Counted from the first letter of the stretch, positions 31,300 through 41,370 are shown. The stretch is 64,000 nt of DNA from Myxococcota bacterium (GCA_039030515.1 JBCCEA010000008.1:1-64000), one strand, 5' to 3'. Notes: generated by a model not told the origin, from the letters alone. Translations and numbers: made by a program.

Positions 31300-32796
31300 T
31301 TACGGGATTCTCCACGTGGTGCCAGTAGGAGAGTCAAGCAGCTCCACCCCCAAGCTCTTGAGCTCGTCACGACAGCGGTCGGCGGTCACGAAATCTCTTT
31401 CTACTCGGGCCATGCGGCGATCCTCGATGAGCTTTTCAACCTGCTCGAAGTCGATACCCAGCTGCCGCGCCTTCCGATCCCGGATGCCGTTCAGTACGTC
31501 GGTTGAATCTCCTGCCCCCAAACCGAGTAGCTCGGCCGCATGATCCATCGCGGACACCGCTGCTGACCATACCGCACGCGAGATCTTCTTTTTCTTGCTG
31601 ATAGTTTGATCGCAAGCTTCGTTAATCGCGCGCAACATCTCAGCGTGTACCGCAAGCGCCATCGGCAAGTTTAAATCGTCGTCCAGCTTCTCACGCAACC
31701 GATCTGCAAATTGGGCAATTTCAGAATCGGGTTCATCGTCACCGTCCACGATTTGTGAATCTGCGATCTGAAGCAGACGCTTGCGCGTACCGTACATATA
31801 CTCAACCCGTCGTTCGGCGTCCTCAAGTGCGGGAAAGGAGACAATCTCGCCTTGGTCGTCGACCTGCCAGTCTAGGTTCAAAGGCCCCCGATAGGTCGTC
31901 GTCATCATAAAGTAGCGCACGCCTTCTGGATGGATTCGCTCGAACATCTCACGCGCCGTGAAAAAATTACCGAGGCTCTTGCTCATCTTCTCCTTATTGA
32001 CTTCCAGAAAACCGTTGTGCATCCAGCACCTGGCGAAGGGTTGACCCGTCCCACATTCACTTTGGGCAACTTCATTTTCGTGGTGAGGAAAGACGAGGTC
32101 TAAGCCACCTCCGTGGATATCGAAGGTCTCGCCCAAGTGATGCATGCTCATCGCCGAACACTCGATATGCCAGCCCGGTCGGCCGTGACCGTAAGGACTC
32201 TCAAACGAACAGGGCGCACCCACCGGTGTGGACTTCCAAAGAGCGAAATCCGCGGGATCTTCCTTTCGCTCCGACTCAGCATCTGAAACGCGGCCAGACG
32301 CACCGAGTTCCATCTCATCGAGCCGCCGATGCGAGAGCTTGCCGTAGTCTGCGTAAGAACGAACCCGGAAGTAGACATCTCCCTCCGAGACATAAGCGTG
32401 ATCTCTCTCGATAAGCCTTGAGACGAGCTTGAGGATTTCATCGATATGCTCGCTCACTCGGGGTTGAAGGTCCGGATCCAGGTTCCCGATGCGGCGGTAG
32501 TCTTCTACATACGACTTGAAGATACGTTCGGCGAGTTCGCTCGGATGCTCTGATGTTTCGGCGGCCCGTTTGAGGATCTTGTCGTCGATATCGGTGACGT
32601 TGCGTACAAAAGTAACCTCGTACCCTGCCTCGCGAAGATGCCTTACGAGAACGTCATAAACGACCGAAGAGCGCATATGACCCAAGTGGGCATAGTCGTA
32701 TACGGTCGGTCCGCAGAGATATACGCCTACCTTTCCTTCGGAGATGGGTTTGAAGGGTTCGACTTGACGGGAAAGCGTATTGTAGATCTTGAGCAT
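31300..32796 (-). CDS. cysS: Cysteine--tRNA ligase
   Basis: CGPTVYD, HLGH (HIGH), GRPGWHIECSAM, DLVFPHHENE and KMSKSLGN motifs. Confidence 0.98.
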   Translation of the reverse strand: MLKIYNTLSRQVEPFKPISEGKVGVYLCGPTVYDYAHLGHMRSSVVYDVLVRHLREAGYEVTFVRNVTDIDDKILKRAAETSEHPSELAERIFKSYVEDYRRIGNLDPDLQPRVSEHIDEILKLVSRLIERDHAYVSEGDVYFRVRSYADYGKLSHRRLDEMELGASGRVSDAESERKEDPADFALWKSTPVGAPCSFESPYGHGRPGWHIECSAMSMHHLGETFDIHGGGLDLVFPHHENEVAQSECGTGQPFARCWMHNGFLEVNKEKMSKSLGNFFTAREMFERIHPEGVRYFMMTTTYRGPLNLDWQVDDQGEIVSFPALEDAERRVEYMYGTRKRLLQIADSQIVDGDDEPDSEIAQFADRLREKLDDDLNLPMALAVHAEMLRAINEACDQTISKKKKISRAVWSAAVSAMDHAAELLGLGAGDSTDVLNGIRDRKARQLGIDFEQVEKLIEDRRMARVERDFVTADRCRDELKSLGVELLDSPTGTTWRIP

Positions 32797-32928
32797 GTAG
32801 AGCCGGCGCTACCTCAAGTTCAGCATACCAGCAATGGTAAAGGCTAGAGTGGATCGTCTACGAGCACGACCTTGCGTAGCGGCGACTCGGATCCTGAAGG
32901 TGGACACATGAACCGCTTGCGCTAAGCC

Positions 32929-35292
32929 GTGCTTGAACTCACGGGTCTCTTTGTGATGGAAAGACTCGCCTCACTGGAGGATCCAGGTTTGTTCTTTTGC
33001 GTGCTCCGTCTGCCGGACCGCGCCTCACCCAGCTCGATGTTCATGATCGCCGCGAACCAATCCGTCCCGAATCCCACTTCGTGCTCCTTCCACTCATCCG
33101 CGCGGCAGCGGCTCTCGCGACACTCCAATCGGGACGGATCCTTTGGAAGAACGCAGAAAAGACTCGGTGGGGCGTTCTTGTTTCAGCAGACGCTCGCCGG
33201 AGTGTGCCTTTTGCTGGCCTGCGGCTGCCAGTCCCCGAAAGACTTGGGCCCAAATCGGGATCAGAGCATCGCAACACAGGACCAGGCGCCGCCAAAAGGC
33301 AAGGGCCAGCAGCGAGGTGATATCTCAAATCCAACCGAACCCAGGCTCGAGGATCCTTTCGAACCTCTATCGAACCGGAAACCGCTGAGCTTCGACGAAA
33401 CGAATGCACTGCGAAGGCAGATCGCTCAGGCTGCCAGCGGCAGACAGTTCCCTCGGGACGCTCCGCGAACCGAAGCGGGGACGGTGGTATTTCAGCCGAC
33501 TCCTGGCCGTAGAGTTCTCGACGTGCCTAGCTTTGTCCGGTCGATGTTTGGTCCGGGGCCGGAGCGGAATAACCGCGGCAGTGAGATCGATGTGCACTCC
33601 CGAGTGCTGCGGCGTGAACCGAGAGCCGAACTGCGATCGGATGGCGAGGTGATCGTCCATTTTGAAACCGTCCGGACAGTTCCGTCGGCAAGTCTGTTCT
33701 TTGGCTCTCTCGTACCGCAAGATCCGCTTGCGCTACCCAGGTATCGGCGGCGCTCACGAGAGCACACGGTCGATCGATCCGGCACCCGCCATCAGATGAG
33801 GTTTCAAATAAACGATCTGCTCAAACCCAAATACGACATCGCAAAATCACGTGCGACAGGCAGCGGACATGTCGTCTACCGACTCGAACTACACGACACC
33901 TCAGCGAGTCTCGCGTGGGTATTTGACCGAAGTCTTGCCTTCCGCTGCGCACCGATTCCCTGTTCTGGCTCTGCTCGCTTCTATCAGGCTCCGGACTTTG
34001 AACTGGGCCCGTTTGTCGACCGAGTCGAGACCGATCGCGTGACGCTTTCGCTGGAAACCGACGTGCCGACCGCAGCGCTCTTCTCGATTCGGGATGCAGA
34101 GGGTACCGAGGTTCAGTCGATTCAAAGCCCCCAAATACAACACAGGCACGAAATAGAGGTCACAGAGCTTCAAGCAGACCGGCACTACTTCTACTACGTC
34201 GCAATAGTCGATGCGCAGGGAGAGACGGCGGTTTCTAGAGGGGCATCGTTCCGCACAGCCCCAGGAACCGATCAGGGCCAGAGCTCTTTTCGCTTTGTGG
34301 CGCTGAGCGATTCCCGAAGTGGGTGGGGCACGACCGAAGACCGGTATGGAGGTCACAACCGTAGGGTGCTCACGGCTCTGCTCACCCAGGCCCTTCAGCA
34401 TCGTCCAAGGTTCGCGGTATTCGTTGGCGATCTTGTGGACGGCTACACGACCAGCCCGGACGCGTTCCGCTTCGAGTTGCGGAGTTGGCAGCGTTCGACA
34501 TCGGCAGTGGGAGGATTTCTCCCCATCTACGAGATCATGGGCAACCACGAAGTCGTGCTGCGTGCCTTCAGTTCTGGCTGGGCCGTCGGCCGCACCGGAG
34601 CGAGCGCTCCTGAAGCGATTTTTGCATCTTTATTCGTCAACCCTGAAAACGGTCCTGTCGCAAAACGCGGCGAACCTCCCCTGCGGGAAAATGTCTATTC
34701 CTTCGACTGGGGCGGTCTGCATTTGGCGGCCATCAACTCGAACTACTACTACCGATCTCACTTCGAGAGGAGCGATCATCCAGCCTTTGGACGCGGTCAC
34801 CGAGAGGGCTGGGTCGATGATCGGATCCTCGAGTGGCTCGACACCGATCTTCGTCTTGCAAGGGAACGCGGAGCCACCCATCTGATGGTGTTCACCCACG
34901 AGCCGGGGTTTCCGAACGGTGGACACCTGACCGACGGGATGTGGTGGAACGGGGAAGTGCCGGAGATCCTCGAGCAGCGAAAAAAACTCTACGCCATCCT
35001 CGGCAGGTACGGCGTGGCGGCGATCGTCCATGGGGATGAGCACAACTACAGCCGAATGCGGGTCGATGCAGCGCTCCTGCCGGATCTCGATCGCCCGATC
35101 ACTCAATTCATTTCTGGGGGTGCAGGGGCGCCTTTTTACGCGCAAGCAGAAGAGGTTCCGTGGGCCTCTCACGTGGAAGCGTTTGACGCGAGGCAACACT
35201 TTGTGCTGTTCGAGGTCGATGGGCACCGGCTGTACGGAAAAGCGGTTTCGATCAGCGGAGAAGTGATCGACAGTTTCGTTCTTGCCGAATAA
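32929..35292 (+). CDS. Purple-acid-phosphatase-like metallophosphoesterase, probable lipoprotein
   Basis: SDSR, GDLVDG, MGNHE, FTHEP and GDEHNY motifs after an FN3-like region; lipobox-like LLLACGC near aa 95 suggests the true start is downstream of 32929. Confidence 0.82.
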   Translation: MLELTGLFVMERLASLEDPGLFFCVLRLPDRASPSSMFMIAANQSVPNPTSCSFHSSARQRLSRHSNRDGSFGRTQKRLGGAFLFQQTLAGVCLLLACGCQSPKDLGPNRDQSIATQDQAPPKGKGQQRGDISNPTEPRLEDPFEPLSNRKPLSFDETNALRRQIAQAASGRQFPRDAPRTEAGTVVFQPTPGRRVLDVPSFVRSMFGPGPERNNRGSEIDVHSRVLRREPRAELRSDGEVIVHFETVRTVPSASLFFGSLVPQDPLALPRYRRRSREHTVDRSGTRHQMRFQINDLLKPKYDIAKSRATGSGHVVYRLELHDTSASLAWVFDRSLAFRCAPIPCSGSARFYQAPDFELGPFVDRVETDRVTLSLETDVPTAALFSIRDAEGTEVQSIQSPQIQHRHEIEVTELQADRHYFYYVAIVDAQGETAVSRGASFRTAPGTDQGQSSFRFVALSDSRSGWGTTEDRYGGHNRRVLTALLTQALQHRPRFAVFVGDLVDGYTTSPDAFRFELRSWQRSTSAVGGFLPIYEIMGNHEVVLRAFSSGWAVGRTGASAPEAIFASLFVNPENGPVAKRGEPPLRENVYSFDWGGLHLAAINSNYYYRSHFERSDHPAFGRGHREGWVDDRILEWLDTDLRLARERGATHLMVFTHEPGFPNGGHLTDGMWWNGEVPEILEQRKKLYAILGRYGVAAIVHGDEHNYSRMRVDAALLPDLDRPITQFISGGAGAPFYAQAEEVPWASHVEAFDARQHFVLFEVDGHRLYGKAVSISGEVIDSFVLAE

Positions 35293-35332
35293 GACCTCTT
35301 CGACTGCGCCATCACGCTGCCTGGAAGAAAAC

Positions 35333-36652
35333 ATGACCTCGATTCTGAAACCAAGTCCGATCAGCGGTTTTCCGGAGTGGTTGCCCGAGCAGAAGCTCGT
35401 CGAGGAGCAGATGCTCCAAACGATGCGCTCCATCTTCGAGTCCTACGGCTTCACGCCAATTGAAACCGCGGCCGTGGAGCGAAAAGCGATCGTCGCCGCG
35501 AAAGGGGTAGCCGACAAAGAACTCTATGCGTTGGAGCGACTTGGGGCAGCGCCGGGTGAAGACGCATCTACGGAGCTTGCACTGCACTTCGACCTCACGG
35601 TGCCAACCGCCCGTTACGTCGCTCAAAACTATGGGAAACTCGTCTTCCCGTTTCGAAGATATCAGATTCAGAAAGTCTGGAGAGGAGAGCGACCTCAAGC
35701 GGGTCGTTTTCGCGAGTTCTACCAGTGCGACATCGACGTCGTGGGCCATGAAACACTCGATCTACTGGTCGACGCGGAGATGCTCGCCGTGGTCGATCAG
35801 GTCTTTCGGTCGCTCAATGTCGGCAGGACGCTGTTCCGCATAAGCAACCGCAAGATACTGCACGGCCTACTCTCCCACGGAGGTCTTGCAGGGGAGGCGA
35901 TGACCTCCGCGATGCTGGCCATCGATGCGCTGGAAAAGCTTGGCATGGACCGGGTACGCGAGGCCCTGACGCAGGCCGGGCTACGTGCAGCGACGACGGT
36001 ACTCGAACTTATCTCATCGCCCATCTCGATCTCCGAACTCGTCAGTCTCGACCGAGGCCCGTTTTTTGCGCTTGGGGTGAAAGAGCTAGAGTTGGTATCT
36101 GAGGGGCTCAAGCAATTTGGCGTGGACGAAGATCGGTACGCGATCGACCTCACCATCGCCCGAGGGCTCGACTACTACACCGGCACCGTCTACGAGACCC
36201 GATTGACGAGCGAGCCTGAACTGGGAAGCATTTGCTCGGGTGGACGCTACGAAAACCTGGCGAGCGCTTATTCGAAACAGGTGCTCCCCGGCGTGGGACT
36301 CTCGATAGGCCTCACGCGACTCCTGAGCCGTCTATTCGAAAAAGGGGAGCTGGACACCCGTAAAAAGACGCCGGCCGAGGTACTGGTCACGATGATGGAT
36401 GTTGAACAGCGACATTTTTACATCCATGTTGCAAACAAACTTCGAGAAGCAGGAATCCCGACCGAGCTCTACACCGAGCCGAAAAAGCTCAAGGCCCAGC
36501 TCAAGTATGCAGACGCAAAGGGGTTCGATACGGTGATTCTGGCAGGCAGCAGAGAAATCGAGTCCAATTCGGTTACGGTGAAATCGCTCCGCGAACGCAC
36601 CCAGGAGGAGATTCCCCTTGCAGAGCTTGCCCTCCGCCTGAAGAGCAGATGA
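35333..36652 (+). CDS. hisS: Histidine--tRNA ligase
   Basis: FDLTVP, WRGERPQAGRFREFYQCDID, RGLDYYTG, GGRYENL and C-terminal anticodon domain KQLKYAD. Confidence 0.98.
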   Translation: MTSILKPSPISGFPEWLPEQKLVEEQMLQTMRSIFESYGFTPIETAAVERKAIVAAKGVADKELYALERLGAAPGEDASTELALHFDLTVPTARYVAQNYGKLVFPFRRYQIQKVWRGERPQAGRFREFYQCDIDVVGHETLDLLVDAEMLAVVDQVFRSLNVGRTLFRISNRKILHGLLSHGGLAGEAMTSAMLAIDALEKLGMDRVREALTQAGLRAATTVLELISSPISISELVSLDRGPFFALGVKELELVSEGLKQFGVDEDRYAIDLTIARGLDYYTGTVYETRLTSEPELGSICSGGRYENLASAYSKQVLPGVGLSIGLTRLLSRLFEKGELDTRKKTPAEVLVTMMDVEQRHFYIHVANKLREAGIPTELYTEPKKLKAQLKYADAKGFDTVILAGSREIESNSVTVKSLRERTQEEIPLAELALRLKSR

Positions 36653-38118
36653 GCGAGATCCTCATCGCCGATAGGATCTTGACCGGCGCGTACAGTCCCC
36701 TCCAGGCGGGACTCGTCTGCATCGATGAGGGCGAGATCTCGGCGGTTCACACGCTCGCTGAAGAAGACGAGCTCAAAGACGGCCCGGCGCTCGCGGCCCA
36801 ATTGGGTCTCGACCTAGGCTGCCCGATGACGGATCTGCGCGCGCTTGTGCCCAACCATCTGGTGACCCCGGCGTTCATCGACGTACACACCCACCTCGCA
36901 CTCGGCTTTTTGAGAGGCGTCTCCCCCTCGCCTTCTTCCAAGGTCGGGCTCGGGCAGCAGCAGACCAAGGAGATACCCTCGAATATCGTGGAGGATTTCT
37001 ACTTCGGATGGGAGGCAGAGCTAACCCCTCAAGACGTGAGGGCGTTTGTGCGTATGGGCGCTTTCGAATCGATCCTCTCGGGAGTCGGCCTCGTCTGGGA
37101 CCACTACTACCACGCAGAGCATGTTGCAGCGGGTCTGTGCGATACCGGCCTTGCAGGTGTGGTCTCACCCACCCTTCAAGACGTGCGGGGTCCTTGTTCG
37201 AAGGAGTCCGAGAGTGCACTTCGATCGACCGAACATCTCTGCCGGGCGGCATGGAGTGCATCCGGCATTTTCTCTGCACTTGGTCCTCACGCGACCGACA
37301 CCGTCAGCCCCGAGCTGCTTCAAAACGCGCTCAGGCTCGCCGAGCAATTTCAGCTGCCGATACACATGCACCTGGCTCAATCGTTCACTGAGTTCGCTCG
37401 GTCGATGGAAGACCGAAATTGCACCCCCATGCAGTTTCTCGAGCGTGAAGGCCTTCTCAGCTCGGACCTCTCGATGTTGCTCGTGCACGGACTCTTCTTA
37501 ACGGACAACGATCTTTCTCTGCTCAATTCCGATCGGCATTGCCTCGTCTATTGTCCTTCTTCGCAGCGACGATTCGGTTTTCCTGCGCGGATCGACCGGT
37601 GGGACCAGTTGCGGTGGGCGCTGGCCACCGACTGCGCCTCGAGCAATGATTCTTGGAACCTGCAAAAAGAAATGCGGCTCGCCTCCTGCCAAGACGCATT
37701 AAAAGCTGCGTTTTCAAACTCACTCAGCCGCTTTTTCCGATCGGGCAACACCGAAGATGCACGAAACGTCTGGGATACAAGACACGTCGTCCCGCCTTCT
37801 CCCGAGGAACTTCTAAGCCGGGTGTGGGATGTTCCGGGAGCGCTGCATCCGAAGGTATCGGCGGGAGCGATTTCCGCAGGTTCTCTCGGCAATCTCCTTA
37901 TCTGGGATCTAAACCATCCGTCTTTTTGGCCCGCAGTCGATCTTCGAAGCCATCTCGCGCTGGGCGATACCACGCAGGCCATTTGGGGAATGCGGATTCG
38001 GGGCGAGCGCGTAGGCGTTGACGGGGCGTTTCATCGGAGCATCGTCGAGCACGACGACTACTTGGAGGCCAAACGCGAGGCGGACGAACGATGGCGTCTA
38101 TTGGCCGCGCGCGTGTAG
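36649..38118 (+). CDS. Amidohydrolase family protein (MTA/SAH-deaminase or chlorohydrolase-like)
   Basis: PAFIDVHTH, GPHATDT, HMHLAQ, VHG and LATD motifs; ATGA overlap with hisS. Confidence 0.85.
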   Translation: MSEILIADRILTGAYSPLQAGLVCIDEGEISAVHTLAEEDELKDGPALAAQLGLDLGCPMTDLRALVPNHLVTPAFIDVHTHLALGFLRGVSPSPSSKVGLGQQQTKEIPSNIVEDFYFGWEAELTPQDVRAFVRMGAFESILSGVGLVWDHYYHAEHVAAGLCDTGLAGVVSPTLQDVRGPCSKESESALRSTEHLCRAAWSASGIFSALGPHATDTVSPELLQNALRLAEQFQLPIHMHLAQSFTEFARSMEDRNCTPMQFLEREGLLSSDLSMLLVHGLFLTDNDLSLLNSDRHCLVYCPSSQRRFGFPARIDRWDQLRWALATDCASSNDSWNLQKEMRLASCQDALKAAFSNSLSRFFRSGNTEDARNVWDTRHVVPPSPEELLSRVWDVPGALHPKVSAGAISAGSLGNLLIWDLNHPSFWPAVDLRSHLALGDTTQAIWGMRIRGERVGVDGAFHRSIVEHDDYLEAKREADERWRLLAARV

Positions 38119-38141
38119 ACCGGCACTTAGTAGACCGGCGT

Positions 38142-39170
38142 TTAGAAGAGTTCGATATCCCCAGACTCAACGCTAGATTGAGTGACGTGGTTCGACATGC
38201 CGACAAGCGATTCTAAGTCGCTTTCGAAGCTGGCGAGCAGCTCCGGAGGGATCAAGTTTCTGCGCAACACCTCGAGCAGCAACGCCTCCATCACATCGAT
38301 CTTTCTTTCAGCCGCGGTGAGCAGCTGGGTGACGATATCGTCGAACTGTAGCGATTGAACCGCCCGCGCGACGTGAGCACTCCCCTCGGCGGCCATCCTC
38401 TCCACGCTCTGATTGGCCTGACTGAGCAGCTTCATCAACCGTTCGAGCTGCGCCTTGGAGTTCATCAGGGCTGAAACATCTCGATTGGCAAACTTCTCAA
38501 GAGCGTGCCGCATGACATCCAGCTCCTTGTGCGTGTCGTTTGCGGTGTCTCGGATCTCTCGGCCTTTTGCCTGCGACGACAGCGTGAGAGCCCGGGCAGA
38601 GCTCGAAACCAGTCGAAAGAGTGAGAACCATGAGCGATCGCCTCCCGACTCATCGACGCGCCCCTTTTGTGCAGTAAAACTACCGAGGTACGGCAGGCTT
38701 ATTCTGCCCCTTTTTGGCTTCTCAGACGAGACCGGAAGATGTTGTTGCGCCTCCTGAACCATATGATCGAAGCGCTCCATCTCGCTCATCAAGGTGCCGA
38801 GCTCTTCAGATAGTGCCGATGACTCCTTGGTGATCCGCACCAAGGAATCCACAAAACCCTGAAGCATTTCTGCCGAGGGCATCTCGGCCGGGGGTATCGA
38901 TGAAAGAGGCCTCTCGATTTGAGGCCTCTCCACTGCCGAACGGGGTGTCACCCCTTCCATATCGCCACCGGCCCGCTGGAAATCTCGGAACACCTCTGCA
39001 GTTTCTCTGGCGCCGCGGTCGAGGGATTCTAGGGAGGTGGATGTTTCCTGGTAGGCATTGCGCATCAACTCGGTCGCGCGATGGAGGTCGCCCCGAATCG
39101 AGTTCATCGCGTCCTGCACCCCCGCGATGACACCGGAGCGGGACCCTTCTTCTGAAGTGAGGCGCTGCAT
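38142..39170 (-). CDS. Soluble chemotaxis-associated coiled-coil protein (MCP-signal-like)
   Basis: Helical heptads; 'AVQSLQFDDIVTQLL' and C-terminal 'VTQSSVESGDIELF'; start estimated at MQRLTS because the longer ORF overlaps the opposite-strand gene. Confidence 0.6.
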   Translation of the reverse strand: MQRLTSEEGSRSGVIAGVQDAMNSIRGDLHRATELMRNAYQETSTSLESLDRGARETAEVFRDFQRAGGDMEGVTPRSAVERPQIERPLSSIPPAEMPSAEMLQGFVDSLVRITKESSALSEELGTLMSEMERFDHMVQEAQQHLPVSSEKPKRGRISLPYLGSFTAQKGRVDESGGDRSWFSLFRLVSSSARALTLSSQAKGREIRDTANDTHKELDVMRHALEKFANRDVSALMNSKAQLERLMKLLSQANQSVERMAAEGSAHVARAVQSLQFDDIVTQLLTAAERKIDVMEALLLEVLRRNLIPPELLASFESDLESLVGMSNHVTQSSVESGDIELF

Positions 39171-39266
39171 CTCTGGCCCCGTAAGAACGACAACGGAGTC
39201 TCTTTCTGTAGGGGCGCCATCGGAACAGCCCAACGCAGCGAGGACGACGGCAGAGAACCCTCGAAA

Positions 39267-39311
39267 CCGTACCCGGTCTGGTTCCGGCGCAACAACCTTA
39301 CCCGGTCTGGT
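39267..39311 (+). repeat. Two copies of the dispersed motif in a divergent intergenic region
   Basis: CCGTACCCGGTCTGGTTC at 39267 and CCTTACCCGGTCTGGT at 39296. Confidence 0.75.
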
Positions 39312-39402
39312 GCCTGGGATCTGGTGCCAGGGGGGCCGAGAACTGTGATGTTTCTCTCGCATCGGCAGGGAGATTGGAACCCGCACGCCCGTATTTTTTC
39401 GC

Positions 39403-40170
39403 ATGAAGACACGTGGGCCGAGAGTGCGACTAACGCTGCGGGGATGGATTTTTTTGGCCGCTGGTGTGGTGTCTGCGGTGGCTGTGGTGGCTCTTATTCC
39501 GTTTGCCTTTTTGAAAGAGATAAAGCTGTTTTTGAGAGAGCTCCCAAGCGGCAACCTGTCCGAGGACAACTTATTTAAACTTGGCATTATGCTTTGCGCG
39601 TTAGCGATGACGGTGTCGGGTTTTTTGAGTGTTGCCCGCCTTGTATTGAATCTGACACGCAAGGAGACGTTAAGGGCTTGGCTGAGGAAGACTGGCGCGC
39701 GCACTACGGCCCGAGTTCTGCAGGTCGAAGCTACCGGGATGCGAATCAATCATGAGCCGGAGGTCAATCTCACTTTGGAGGTACAGAGGACCGACGGCAC
39801 AACCTACCAGGCTCAGATCACAAGGGTGGTTTCGCATGTCCAGCTCGTTCGGCTCACTCCCGGCGCCGTGGTCTCGGTATTCTACGATAGGTCCGATCCG
39901 AGCAAGGTCGTTCTTGCGGAGGATCCATTCGCGGGCGTTCCGTCAGTGCAATCCAGCAACGCCAGCTTCGCCAACGCCAACGCCAGCTTCGCCAACGTCA
40001 GCGCACCCCAAGCGGTGATACAGGTGCAAAAGCCCGACGGCTCAACCCAGCAAGTCACGGCGAATCAATTGGTCTCGATGAACCAGCTCGGTCAGATCGC
40101 CCCTGGCGCCAAGATCCAATTGCTTATCGATCCCTCCGATCTGAACAAGGTGACGGTGACGCAAAAGTAG
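39403..40170 (+). CDS. DUF3592-like membrane protein
   Basis: Two TM helices, then 'TARVLQVEATGMRINHEPEVNLTLEV...PGAVVSVFYDRSDPSKV' and a partial second copy; internal 21-bp duplication (NASFANA). Confidence 0.72.
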   Translation: MKTRGPRVRLTLRGWIFLAAGVVSAVAVVALIPFAFLKEIKLFLRELPSGNLSEDNLFKLGIMLCALAMTVSGFLSVARLVLNLTRKETLRAWLRKTGARTTARVLQVEATGMRINHEPEVNLTLEVQRTDGTTYQAQITRVVSHVQLVRLTPGAVVSVFYDRSDPSKVVLAEDPFAGVPSVQSSNASFANANASFANVSAPQAVIQVQKPDGSTQQVTANQLVSMNQLGQIAPGAKIQLLIDPSDLNKVTVTQK

Positions 40171-40224
40171 CCAGGTGCTGGGCCGTCGCCTCGATACCGA
40201 TCGCAACGAGAAAGACGGCTGACT

Positions 40225-40824
40225 TCAGCCTTGCTCCATCTTTTGTTTCAGCGCCGACAGGGAAGAGCGCCAGGATTGGGATTGATTTGCCCAGGTTACT
40301 GCACTCTGCTCTGCGTCTGGACTTACTGCGGTCTGCTCCGCGCCTGAAGAGGTTGGCTCTGCTTCTGTAGGCGCCGAGGACCAGCGGGATACGCATTCGG
40401 GCTCGTCACAATGAGGCTGCATGGGAATCTCCAAAATGAGCAGCTCTCTGAGAATAGAGTCGAGCGCGATTTCATCTCCGTGAAAGTACGACCAGCTTTC
40501 CTCTTCGAAATCCGCCTCCGACTCGACATGAGATGGGGCTTCTCCGTTTCGAGGCTTCATCGCTAGCTGGACCTCGGCTACAAGCGGCATCGAGACATCG
40601 CCCAAACAGCGCGCGCACTCTAGAACCACGGGAGCCGTGACCCGTCCGGCGATGACGATCTCCTGACCGCTTCGATGTACGAAGAGATGGAGGTCTCCCG
40701 AATCTACGCCTGGGCGCACACCGGTGTGCTCAAACGCTTGATCCAACCATGGATTCGATAGGGGCCGTTCGAATGGAGTGCCCTCTTCATCGATATCAGA
40801 GACCTTAACAACGAACTCCGGCAT
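40225..40824 (-). CDS. yceD: YceD/DUF177 family protein
   Basis: ECARCL, 'IALDSILRELLILEIPMQPHCDEPEC' and C-terminal W..L..LK. Confidence 0.9.
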   Translation of the reverse strand: MPEFVVKVSDIDEEGTPFERPLSNPWLDQAFEHTGVRPGVDSGDLHLFVHRSGQEIVIAGRVTAPVVLECARCLGDVSMPLVAEVQLAMKPRNGEAPSHVESEADFEEESWSYFHGDEIALDSILRELLILEIPMQPHCDEPECVSRWSSAPTEAEPTSSGAEQTAVSPDAEQSAVTWANQSQSWRSSLSALKQKMEQG

Positions 40825-40880
40825 ATCCGTACCTTGTGACACGTAGGAGAACGACCTCCAAACCGCCGCGATGTCACACA

Positions 40881-41370
40881 CCGTACCCGGTCAGGTTTGA
40901 GGGTTCAGGTTTGGGTCACACACCGTACCCGGTCAGGTTTGCCGCGCCGTACCCAGTCTGGTTTGAGGGGTCAGGTTTGCCGCGCCGTATCCAGGCCACA
41001 CCGTACCCGGTCGGGTCTGGGTCGCACACCGGCCGCTCCGTACCCAGTCAGGTTTGGAACCACCGTACCCGGTCTGGTTTGGGCGGCCACACCGTACCCG
41101 GTCAGGGGCCACACCGAACCACCGTACCCGGTCAGGTTTGGGGCCGCGCCGTACCCGGTCTGGTTTGCCGCGCCCTACCCGGAAAGGTTTGGAACCACCG
41201 TACCTGGTCTGGTTTGGGGCCGCTCCGTACCCGGTCAGGTTTGGAACCACACCGTACCTGGTCTGGTTTGGAACCACACCGTACCCAGTCAGGTTTGCCG
41301 CGCCGTACCCAGTCTGGTTTGCCACACCGTACCCAGTCAGGTTTGGAACCACCGTACACGGTCAGGTTTG
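40881..41370 (+). repeat. Array of ~18 copies of a 19-bp motif CCGTACC(C/T)(G/A)GTC(A/T)GGTTTG with short recurrent linkers
   Basis: Copies start at about 40881, 40923, 40947, 40985 (truncated), 41001, 41038, 41063, 41092 (truncated), 41122, 41149, 41173, 41198, 41225, 41252, 41279, 41303, 41327 and 41352. Confidence 0.97.

Noticed and set aside
39171..39749. N-terminal 193 aa of the 535-aa ORF
   Set aside because: Antisense to the DUF3592-like gene and runs through repeat copies; likely non-coding extension
40881..41370. CRISPR array
   Set aside because: Repeat is only 19 bp, linkers are mostly 5-10 bp and recur instead of being unique spacers, there is no AT-rich leader, and no cas gene is in the window
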